Positions 1 through 11,422 of a stretch of 64,000 bases of DNA are shown in pieces (the stretch's first letter is position 1; every line of letters starts with the position of its first letter). The notes beneath the pieces are model-generated. The model was not told the DNA's origin, did not search any database, and saw only the letters and a list, made by a program, of their open reading frames with translations. The stretch spans positions 16,058,001-16,122,000 of the forward strand of contig CP075495.1 in NCBI GenBank assembly GCA_021613535.1, given 5' to 3'. The DNA comes from Adineta vaga (lineage: Eukaryota; Animalia; Rotifera). Made by a program: the position numbers and the translations under genes.

Positions 1-137
1 ATCCTCGTTTTAGGAGTTTCGAGGATTCCAAGGTTCAAAGTTACCAAAAGTTTTCCCTCTCACCGAACATGACAAATCGTTCTTTTGAGTTAAAATTCTT
101 AATGCAGACACTAGATCCTACACTGATAAAAATGAGC

Positions 138-1380
138 GTAGAGTAATGAACCCTTTGATATACGATTTTTCCGTTCATTTGTATCATAAAGCTTTTGATA
201 TACCCTTTCTTTTGATCTACCCAAAAAGGATATTTCATACGTTGCTGTCTGAAAAACGTTTTAGGGCATATCAGCAGTTATGGGCTTGTCCACGCAACGC
301 GACACTTGGCTGATCAAGTTTTGAAAAAAAATTTTTTCGAATTCCATTTATTCGAATAGGCTTTTCGATGCAGTTTTTCACGCTGATTACGAATCTGTCA
401 CTCATTTGGCGAACAAACCACTTTTTGTTCTAAGAAATTCAGTTTTCAACTTTTGAAAAACCGTATTTTGAAACTTTTGAGGTAAAAACTTTTTCAGAAT
501 TATCCGGAAAGGTTACCTTTCGACGCAGAATTTCATTCTCTACACAATGGTGTGTTTACTTTTCATTTTTGTAGTTATAGGCGATCCATAGACTCTCACA
601 CATTTTTCGACTTGCGGCTCGGTTTAGGAGCTTCCACATTGATGTATCAATCTGATTTTCTAGTAGCATGCTGATCGACACTGAAGGACCAGCACCTTAA
701 AATATGAGATTATTCGGAGCATTTTAAGTGCCTCAAAATTGGTCAACAAAAAACTGAGTCACAACGTTACATTTGTTTTTTTCATTTTTTATTCGATGGA
801 AGGGGCAGAGAAGAAAATTCTTTTTACTATCAGGAAGCTCATCTAAAGCTCTACAACTTTTGTCCTCACAGCCTTTCGATTGTGAAGCGTCTTGCGCTGG
901 AAATGAGAAAGAAAGGTGGATTACTCGATACTGAAGGTCCTTTTATGTCACAGTGTTACGCGGTCTTAAATTCTTCATAGATACTCGATGACTAAACTAA
1001 ATACACTCATTCTTGTATCCCTTGTAGAGGAAACCGAGCTTCCTCGAATGCTGTTTGAACGAGCTCTTGAGCTGTTCTCGTTCAAGAGATAATTAAAAAA
1101 CAATATGTAAAAATGTCACATCGTTACGTTTGGACAAGCCCTTATATACTCTTAAACCCTACGAAAACTGGTTTAGTAATACACTCATTAGTAGAAAACG
1201 TAGAATGAAAAATCATTTCGATAGAGTTTATAAATTTAAAAAATGGTTTAATAGTATGTAACTGCTGATATACCATAAAACGTTTCTCAGACAGCAACGT
1301 ATGCAATATCCTTTTTGGGTAGATCAAAAGCTTTATGATTCAAATGAACAGAAAGCAACGTATATAAAAAAGTTCATCAG
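138..1380. mobile_element. Old non-autonomous element with long imperfect inverted repeats, interrupted by the 282-1141 insertion
   Basis: 209-280 (cttttgatctacccaaaaagg...tcagcagtta) is the reverse complement of ~1259-1330. Outer boundaries are approximate. Confidence 0.55.
282..1141. mobile_element. Non-autonomous TIR element with a 4-bp TTAT target duplication
   Basis: Termini GGGCTTGTCCA...TGGACAAGCCC, with TTAT on both sides. No coding capacity. Confidence 0.75.
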
Positions 1381-1431
1381 TTTGATAAATCGTTGTGTAG
1401 GATTTGCTATTCTGCGCTCATTTTTATGAGC

Positions 1432-1894
1432 GTGTCGCTTTCGTAACAACGACACACATGTAATTTTCATTCCTAATAACGACGCCAAGCAAAAGTTTCT
1501 CCCTAATACCGACAATAAGTCTATCTTGCTTTAATAACAATATTTTTAACTAGTTTTTGTTCTTGAAAACGACACTTTGCTATAAAAGCTGACGTATTGT
1601 AAAGCAAAATAAACATATTGTCGCTATTAAGGCGAACATTTTGTGTGGTCTCGTTTTATGATCTTTGATCCACACAGAAGTTTGTTATTACATTACTAAG
1701 TCACCATGAACCGTTAGATATAGATAGTGTTTGAGACGATCTTCAAACTTTTCAGCGAAGCTTAGAGTCGTTTTCTTGATAGAAATTGTGGGAAACACAT
1801 TTTTCAAAAAAGTGTCTATTTTCACATAAGCTTTTTTGAAACGTCGTTATTAGGAATGAAAATCATCTGGCTGTCGTTATTATGGAAGTGATAC
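1432..1894. mobile_element. MITE with ~50-bp imperfect TIRs
   Basis: gtgtcgctttcgtaacaacgac...attttcattcctaataacgacg is mirrored by cgtcgttattaggaatgaaaat...gtcgttattatggaagtgatac. Confidence 0.6.
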
Positions 1895-2272
1895 TAGAGA
1901 TCTGCACGAGACCAAAAACTATTTTCTGGTTCTCGTCAAACATTTGATTGATAAGTCGTTACTTTAATCGTGTGTGTGTGTGTGTGGATGACGATACACT
2001 CGTCTCGAATTACCCACACCCTCATCAAGATGCGATTTTTCCCTGAACGTTCCTTATGGATGTACCATTTCCAGTCTCCGTTATACGAATAACCCGATTT
2101 CAATAAAACCCCACGAAATACAGACTATTATCGCAAGTAGACCATGTTAGCTCCACATTTTAGCTTTAAAAGGGCTGCGCTGAGAAGCTTTTCAAAATAA
2201 GTTTCGTATGCGATAAGGAATAGATGGTAATGAATTCGACTGACTTTCTATGGCTTTTACCGTGAGCTTCAT

Positions 2273-2651
2273 TAGGGGTGCACCAAATCCAATTCCAGTC
2301 AAATCCAAATCTAGGATTTGACTGGAATTGACCAGATTTGACTTGAATGGTAATAAGCGACGATTTGTGTGGATATGCAGTTTGACAATAATGGTGAATG
2401 TGCGGTGAATAAAAATGAATACATATGAGAGTGGGTGAAGTCTATACATGTATGTGAGTATCGGGATAGGAAAGATATCCTGACATATTACTATCCAGAA
2501 CCTCATATAATGCCCCGCCTGCACCTATCGCACATTCATACCTACATATACGCCCTCGCTCATATTCACACGCTCAGATTCTGTCAGGTCCATGTCAAAT
2601 CTTGTCAAACCTGTCAAATCCAATTATAGAATTGGATTTGGTGCACCCCTA
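2273..2651. mobile_element. hAT-type MITE
   Basis: TIR TAGGGGTGCACCAAATCCAATTC / GAATTGGATTTGGTGCACCCCTA with a perfect 8-bp TSD AGCTTCAT. Confidence 0.9.
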
Positions 2652-3259
2652 AGCTTCATACCATTTCGTAATGCGATAATTTTTCACTGTTTGATAACAT
2701 ATAGTAGTCAAGTCTTGAATAGATTAATCTAAGAGCTTTCAAAAAATGCTGATGGTGGACAATGTGTATTGCCACTCGATTTTTCATTCTTAATAGTTTC
2801 TCAGAACCATTTTGATATTACGGTTATTTCTCAAAAGATGTGGCAGGTATACTTTGTGAACATTGTTTAACACATCAGCACGTGAGAATCATGTGCCCAA
2901 TACAACTGATCGTTATCATCTAGCTCAAAGTTAAAATAGAAAATTTCGAAGAATAAGCCATATGATGCATGTTATTTTGTAACTATTTTCGGCTATCGAA
3001 GATTGATGAAGATGGGTTTTCAGTTCGTTCTCAAATAATACGATTAGCGCTCTGCTCATAGATAGTATTAAAACATTGTCTCTCGGCTCTGAAAATATAA
3101 GTTCAAGTACATGACAAGTAATCGTCCGAGTTCTGCATTGAATAAAGGTGAAAAATATAACAAAACAGATTTTTTTTCTAACATGACCAATCAGACATAT
3201 TTATGAATGCACAAATACAGAAATCAATCATTTTTTTCTACTCTTAGACAATTATCGAC

Positions 3260-6200
3260 ATGGTATTATTACTAGCAGTAGTCACTATCGTTCTACTTCT
3301 CACGATTCTTAAATATATTCGGCCATTTCTCATACGACACTCGCTGTTACATAACGACTATCGAGATATTTCACTTCTCCCACTTTCACCTATTCCATTT
3401 GTTGGAAATATACATCAATTCGACAAGAGATCTCATGTATTTTACGATTTAATTCGTCGATTGTCTACAGAATGCCAAAGTCAAGGAAAAGGTGCATTCT
3501 GTCTTTGGAGCACAGTAAAGCCAATAGTTTTCATGTGTTCAGCAGAAGGACTTAAAGTACGATATTTTCATTCTTTTATGAAATGTAAAACCTTATAATT
3601 CAATTAGACATTTATCAATAGTACTAAGCAACTCAGTAAGTCAATGGATTATACGTTTCTCGAACCATGGCTTAAAACGGGTTTGCTCACAAGGTAAATT
3701 TGATAAAACATATTCTTCTAACTACTTTTTGTATAATATAGTAAAAATGAGAAATGGCGTAGTCATCGACGCTTTATCACTCCTTCATTCCATGATACTG
3801 AATTATTAAACAGTTATATGCGCATATTCAATGAACAATCATGTGTTCTCGCTCATCGTTTTGATGGATATTCTAGACAACTCAATGAAACACATGATCT
3901 TTATCCACATATATCTGCTTGTGCGCTGGACATTATTGCTGGTTAGTGGACTGCCTATGTTTCCTTATATACATTCTTTTCTATTGCTAGAAGCGGCAAC
4001 AGGCATAAATCCGCGAGCACAATCAGGCGGCGAAACAGATGATTTTGTTGCCGCTACCGTTCGGTAAAATAAACTGATTGGATTCAAAAATAAAATCTTT
4101 ACTTTGATAGATTTACTGAGATACTAAGCCTACGTTTACGGTCTCCATGGATGTGGTTTCCATTTATTTTTGATCGATTATCAATTGGATGCGAACAGAA
4201 GGAAGTGCTCAAGGTGCTTCATGGCTTTTCTCGAAAAGTATTTTTCCTCTTTCAGCTATCGCTTATAATTGTAATGTATTTCATAAAGATCATTAAAGAA
4301 CGGCTTGATACATTCAATACACAACAAGTCACAAACATTGATGATAAGACGAGCAAACGTCGTCTTGCGTTTCTCGACAGCCTTCTTACTCAAATGCAAG
4401 CAGAAAAACTTTCATTGGATGATATTCAAGAAGAAGTTGACACATTCATGTTTGCAGGTCATGATACAACAGCAGCTGCTTTAAATTTCTTCTGTTATCT
4501 AATGGGATGTTATCCAGACGTGCAAGCGAAAGTCCATGCAGAAATGGATGTTATTTTTGGAGGTTACATATTTCACTTCTCCTTCAATGCTACTATTTTT
4601 ATTCTAGTTAAGATGACCGCAAAAGACCATGCACAATGGAAGATATTCAACAAATGACCTATCTTGATTGTGTGATAAAAGTAATCGTCATTTATTTCTA
4701 GAAATGAATAGTAGAACTATTCTTACATTCATAGGAATCGCTGCGAATTCTTCCACCAGTTCCAATTATTGGACGAGAAGTACAAGAAGATTTTATATAT
4801 TGTAAGTTAGAAAAATGAATTCAATATAGGATCTATAGAAAACTTCACAGTTTGTCTACAAATTATATGTTGAAATTGTGCATTCTTTGATATGAAACTC
4901 AATATTAAAAAACTCTAATAGCAGAAAAGCTATTAGTTGATAGCTCAGAAGAGACATCAGAATTAAAAGATTCACTTAGTAGATCTTTTAATATTTCTTC
5001 CATGTAAAAACAGAGCTCGAATTCGTATTTGGGTGTGAGTGTCTAGAATGAATAATCACACTAATATCCTCCCCAGCCATACACGCGCCCACAACCTAGT
5101 TTTTATTTTGTTTATTTTATAGTTACTTCAGAAACCGAATAAATTTCCAGAAGTTCTAAAATTAAACTTATGAGTGCTTATATTTCAATTAAATTAAAGT
5201 TATCGGTGGTGCAAACTGCTTTAGATAGAGAAGTTTCATGATAATTCATTCAGCAAAATATATCTGGTGAAAATGATTTGAATTGAGGAGAAAATGAAAT
5301 TTTATTGGTAAACTCTAACCCATTTTTATAGTCATCAAAAATAGAGTTTATAATAGCTTTTTGTAAAAATTCGTTCGAATCATTAAAGGTAAAGTGAATG
5401 TGAAGTTTAAATCGAGAAATTCGGCTCGCTCCCCTCTCGTCCTCCCTCGTCATCCATTACAGACAGGGTACCATTACAGGCAAATCCCCAGTCTTCATCA
5501 TAAACACAACCCTTTTATAAGCAAAGTTCCATTATGGGAATAGCCCGATTTCAATAAAATCCCACGAAGCACAGACTATTATCGCAAATAGACTGTATGA
5601 GTTCCACATTTTAGCACTAAAGGCGCTGCGCTAAAAAGCTGTTACACACTCATTCGATAGAGTATGGCGTTTCACATATGATCTCAAATTTTCAAGTCGT
5701 TCGATCTAGTTTTGGTTGAGGTATGGAGTACACTGAAAACAAAAATGGTGTTAGTCGAAACCACATAGTATTTCCTGCATTTGTAAAAGGTCTCGTAGAA
5801 AATGACGACCATCTAAAAATTTCTTTTAGAACGAATGGAACTTTTAAATGGTTTCGTAGTTTTTTCGCGAAACTTTCAAAAAAGATTAGTAAACTTTTGA
5901 TGAGCCTTCTAAAAGCGTCCTAGGTTCGTACGAAACCTTCCAAAGAATTTCGAATTCGTTGCAAAAATGGTTCGGTATAGCTACCATTTTTGTTTTCAGT
6001 GTATCATGGATCCGACTGTTGGTGAAAATTTGAAATCAAAATTTGCTTCATACTACTCGAAGCATAAGCACAAAATAAAAGAAAATTTTGATTATTTTTA
6101 CATCAAGACATAGGAAACTTTTTTCTCATTGTGGTCTATTTAGAGCGAAAGTCGAAAGAGATCTGTGTACAACAGTTAAGCTTCTGAGGCGGCATAAAAA

Positions 6201-7883
6201 TTTAGCGTGCTTCAGATTTCAACCAGTTTCAGTCGTGTTTTGGGAATCATACTCCGTTGAAACTCTCTTTCATTATTGACCATTAGATAGAGAATTTCTA
6301 GCGCTACAACTTTTCTTTCTCGAATTTTTTAAAATTTGTTGGTTTTAAAACCAAAAAATCTTTATTTGATTTCATTATGGGTATCAGTTTGAGTATAATT
6401 TTACTGACAATTACAGCAAATTTTAATTTAATTGTTGTTTATGTCGAACATTAATTCAAACTAATAAACGATTTATTTCAATAATTTGATCAAATAGTAA
6501 TTTGTTTAAATAAATAAATTTAATTTACAAACAAAATAAGACAATTCAGAACAAAATTCAGTTGTCGTTTCGTAAGCAAACACTTCCATTATCAGTATGA
6601 ATCCTCATCACCGAAAAAAGAACCGTCGAAATTAACATCGCAGAAAATCGACAATATGCCTCTCGATCATACACGCTTTCAGTCAAGTTACTCTCGCCAA
6701 TATACATTTCGAAGATACGACTTTTGATTGGCTAATCTTTGACGACATCTTTTTTCGTTTATCTGCATTTGAACAGAATAAACTCTTAACGTAGGTCTTT
6801 GATAATATACTTTCTCCTATATCTATTTATATATTCATGTGTGAATACAAATGAGAGCAATCACGATAATAGCCGAAATGAATGGTTGTTAAAAAGGATA
6901 TGTAGGTTGCCAATAGTTAAGGAAAGTTTGGTGATGTCTATTTTAATGACATATGTGTCGACTATTTCTATTTCGGCGATATTCTTTTCGAGAATCGGCG
7001 ATTTCGGTTATGTAGTTTCCGGCTATGTCACTTATCGGCAATAAGGATTGTAATCGCTATAATAGGAAATTTCTATATGATCACTTATTACATCTGAAAA
7101 TCATTCATCTAATCTGAAAATTGCAGTTCATTTCTTTCCCAAGCTTCTGCTTGCTGTTGCCGCTGTTTATTTCCTCAGATAATAGCTCACACAAACCCTA
7201 TACATTCACAAACTCTGAATCTCACAGAAAATCTCACTTCACCTCTATTGAGAAAAATTTTGAGATATTAAAAAGTTACTTTGTATTGTTAATATTGCTA
7301 CTGTTGGGGTCAAAAATGACCCCGGCTGGTAGTACTAGGGTTAAATTTGTAAAATCTTAATTTACCGTTCACCTTGGTTTCAGTTTATGTACTTTTTCAA
7401 GAAAGATAATTCATTGATAGATAAAGAAAATATTATTGGATAATCTGAGAATTCACCGAGGATTTCTTTTTACCAAATAGGCGGTCATACTATTCGTAAA
7501 GGTACGACTGTAAACGTGTTCATACATGGCATACATTTTGATGCGAATGTGTTTCCTGATCCGGAGAAGTTCGACCCAGAAAGATTTGCTGAAAGTTCTT
7601 TTATCAGTGGAGAAAGTTCACCATTCGCTTTTATTCCATTTTCGGCTGGACCTCGCAATTGTATTGGTAAGTGAATGCTATTCGAATAGACCTTTCATAA
7701 ATTGCCAGTATAATTCTTAAATCAGGACAACGTTTTGCTGGACTTGAAGAACGAGTTGTTTTATCAACATTATTTCGACGGTTTTCATTCCATTCTACTC
7801 AAACTATGGAGGACATTCATTTATCGATAAATGGTATTCTTCGAACTGAAGTCCCTATCCAAATGATAATCAAACAGCGCTAA
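3260..7883 (+). CDS. Cytochrome P450, CYP4 clan (CYP4V/4C-like), 10 exons
   Basis: Spliced translation gives an N-terminal TM anchor, PIPFVGN, LEPWLKTGLLTS, WRSHRR (WxxxR), I-helix EEVDTFMFAGHDTT, ESLR (ExxR), FDPERF and heme motif FSAGPRNCIG. Introns are ~50-bp GT-AG plus one 2.7-kb intron (4802-7480). Stop TAA at 7881-7883. Confidence 0.93.
5731..6001. mobile_element. CACTG-ended (CMC/EnSpm-type) MITE inside the long CYP intron
   Basis: TIR CACTGAAAACAAAAATGG / CCATTTTTGTTTTCAGTG with TA duplicated on both sides. Confidence 0.8.
7306..7344. mobile_element. piggyBac-like terminus (one end only)
   Basis: GGGGTCAAAAATGACCCC palindrome followed by ...TACTAGGG|TTAA. I did not find the partner end. 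Confidence 0.4.
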
Positions 7884-8155
7884 CATTAAAAACCATTTCA
7901 GAACAATTTTTGCCTATATTTTCATTTTTTTTTACCGTTTACTTCTTCACATTCAAATAACCCAGTAATCAAAACAAACGATATGTTTTACACTTTAAAA
8001 GAAGGTATATACGGAGCCTAAAAAGAATCTGAGCGCGGGTACAAGCTACGAACATCACTGGGTTTCGCTAGAAGAAGGTTTCGTATCGAAAGTTCATTAA
8101 TAAATCTTTCTAGGTAAAATTTTAAAAGGTTCGTATGGAGGGTGAGTGGTGTCAC

Positions 8156-8310
8156 TGTTAGCTCGCTTGTCGAGCGACTTTTCGTTTATTCAGAATTAAT
8201 CATATCAAAAAGAGAAAATGCATCACCTTATATAGAAAGAAGAGCTAGAGAGAGAGAAAGAGAGAGAACAAAGACAAACGTAAATCTGTCGAGGGTTTAT
8301 GTCGTTAACA
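8156..8310 (-). repeat. 3' LTR (155 bp)
   Basis: TGTTAGCTCG...GTCGTTAACA. About 5 substitutions versus the 5' LTR. Confidence 0.95.
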
Positions 8311-8322
8311 CGCCCCTCCCCC
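8311..8322 (-). promoter_or_regulatory. Polypurine tract
   Basis: GGGGGAGGGGCG on the minus strand, immediately before the 3' LTR. Confidence 0.85.
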
Positions 8323-9362
8323 ATGAAGTGGTTTGTCCGCACACCAAAATATGGTACAGTGTGAGGAAAAGAACCATGACAAAAAACATGAAAAAGTTAT
8401 TAGTTTACATAATGATAATTTGATAACTCTTCATCTTCATTATTGAAATTAATGAAAATAAGATTACTACAGGAATCAGAACATTCTCTTATAAACCAAA
8501 ATAAACTCAATTCTTCGGAATAATATTTTCTTATAAACCATAAAGAAATGAATTTTCTTCACGTAATTTTGTTAAATATTCAAATAATTCTAATAACTAT
8601 TTATTTGGATTTCCATCAGTTGTTTCTCTGTTTAACATTTGTTTGAAAGGATTTAATATTAAATAATGAAGATAATCGTGGATAACCATTTGTTGTACAA
8701 TTTGAAAATCCATCTGATGGTTTATTTGATGTCCATACTATTGAACGATTTGAATTATAATCAAGACCGAGTTCTTCTCCAAAAAGAATAATTGTTGTTG
8801 ATGAGCTATCATTAACATTTCGATGATGAGGAAAAAAATGATTTAATTGAAACGAATTTACTCTTCCATTTATTTCATTATAGCTGAGTAATCAAGATTT
8901 TCCATGGAATATTGGTTAAATCATTTGGTTGTGTAAATCTTTTTCATTTGTTAAATATGTTGAATTCGATGGAATATTATATGGAATTAATTCTGTTTAT
9001 CATTTATATGATATTAATTCTTGATTCATCGTTGATTTGTAATGTGTTAGTTCATGTCAATGAAAAATATTTAATTTCCATTTAAATTTGTACTAATGTT
9101 AATTTGTACGATTGATTGATAAGCCAGATGTGATGATATTGTGAACCATATCTATCGATGATGAAGGTTAAACATTGATGAGCTGATTGTTGTAGTAAGA
9201 TGTTGTTGATTGTGAATATTCTTGTAAATGTGATGAGTCACTTCAAGTAGAAAATGTATTTACTAATGAAAAGTTTTACTTAGTAGAATTTGTAGTTGGC
9301 GCTGTTGTTGTCTATTCCATTCAATTTTTCCGTACATATTTGTTTGTTTGTTTTTGTTTTTT

Positions 9363-10862
9363 TTACCATCTAGCGTAGAATTGTTCTCGTGAGAAATAAT
9401 TTATTTTCATTTTTAATTTTGCTTCTTCTTTTTCTTCACTTGATTTAAATCCAATTTTCACCTGACCCCTTCTTCTATCGATGTTTTGGAAGTGGCTGGT
9501 GTATATCTTATCTTCCACCATTTGAGCTCTGATCTTCATATAATCTCACCGATTGTATATTGGACGAATAATGTAATTTTGGAAATTCGGTTGATATTTT
9601 CGTTTCCATTTGAGCTTTTCGTTCTTTTTCTTTTGTTTTTCTTGTTTGATTAATCTTATGGTGGTTGTTTGTTGTTGTGGTTTTGGATCGAATTTTGGTT
9701 TGAGAATTTCGATTAATTCATCTTCACTAATATTAACCATATCATCGATATAATTATTAATGGTTTTAATTCTTTTTGTTGGTTCAGGTTCATCATTTGG
9801 TTCAGGATTAACATTTAGTTCAAGTTCTTGATCATTAATATGTTGTGTTTGTGATGCAAATAATTCAATTTCATCATCACTTACATCTGAAATGCCATCC
9901 TGATAATAATGGTTTGTCGATGTGGTTTTTGGTGTTGAATTTCGATCTATGAATGTTGTTGTTTGTTGTTGATTAGTAATTTGCTGTGCCCGTCCGAGAT
10001 ATATAATCGAATAGATTTCGGTAACCGAGGTACAATCATATGCAGCATAATTTATCAAATCTAATCGAGTTTGTTTTTCTAATTGCATATCATAATATTT
10101 TGTTTGAAATGTTTTCCATCGCCATGTACCTAATTCCCAATCCAAACCACAACCCCATGAATTTCGTGTTAATGATTTGTCGATAAATCGTTTTAATGTC
10201 ATTTCAACGGCTGTTTGTAATGAATATTTGATTTTCTTTGCATTTTCGTCATCATCATCATTATAATCAGCATAACCAGGTGTATCATACGATACTCTGG
10301 TTTTCATTTCACGACTTTCCCTTTCGAGATGCGTGATTTCTTCATCTTGATGATCCTGAAATAAAGCTTGTAAATTTTTTCCTATGATCTTACCTATCTT
10401 CATCCATTCGAATCGATGAAAATCTTTAAATTCATTGCTGATTGCACCCCAGGTGATGATCGTGTCGCCGGAGTTGAAGATGATTGACCATAATTGCTTT
10501 ATTTTGTCCATCATAGATGAATTTGCATCTGGAAAATGGAAAGTTTCGAGCAATAACACTGTTGAATAATCACATGAATGCACCATTTCGATTTGGACCA
10601 ATGGACCTATATTACCAGATTGACTTGATTGTAATTCAGTGTCGATTGTATATCGGTGTGTTTCTTTTGCTCGACCTATCAGTTGTTCAATGATGTGGAT
10701 GATGTTGACGTTTGTTGCTGGACGATATTGAGGATATTGTTCTCGTAATCGTTCATTTTTTTCCATCCTTCTAGCATTTTTCCTTCTGTTTGCTAGCGTT
10801 TTCGATGTTGGTTTTCGAGTTTCATTCCAGTTGTTGTCGTTATTGCATGTATGTCTAGACAT
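9363..10862 (-). pseudogene. ORF3 of the LTR element: DEDDy (RNase D/WRN-like) 3'-5' exonuclease, with one in-frame stop at 9546-9548
   Basis: ExoI YTIDTE, LVQI, WG....E, YSLQTAVEMTLKRFIDKSLTRNSW, ExoIII YAAYD. The frame continues 60 codons past the stop (DYMKIRAQ...QFYARW*). Confidence 0.8.
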
Positions 10863-11422
10863 CTTCGTTTCTAAAATGCACTAAGATTCGCTTAAAGGTT
10901 AGGTTTTTCTTTATTCTATTTTCGTTGGCCTGGTTTTTTTATTCCTGTTTTTCTTTTCTTTTTCTTTCCTTCCTGTCGATTATATATGTATTCGTACATA
11001 TATATGTTCGCGTCTTCGTGTACGCGTATAGATGTGAGTGGCATGACTATATGATCTTGTTTACATCTTTTTCTTTCCTGTTCTGTGATGTGGTGAGATC
11101 GACCGTGTCGTGTTCCTGTAAGGTAATCGACTTCGTCCATCTGAATCATCCGTCGTATCATGTCGTCCGCGCGTGATCGCAATGATATATCGATTAAATG
11201 TTCATATGAAGAGAAAAAAATAGATGTTGCTTATACATATATGATTATGATGTATATATGTCTTTGATAGCCTCATCTTATCAGTGAGAAGGGGAAACCT
11301 ATCTCTCCGATATGAACTGCTAAATCAAATTCAAATATTTTAATCAAATAAGTACAATTGACCATTTGCTTTCGATTAATTCTTATTATAGTCGATTCAC
11401 ACCTTTCCCTATTGGGATGTGT

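Noticed and set aside
4880-5453. Antisense gene inside the CYP intron
   Set aside because: Multiple stops and no identifiable family; at most a decayed fragment.
9546-10862. ORF3 as a retroviral env
   Set aside because: No signal peptide or TM helix; exonuclease motifs are present instead.
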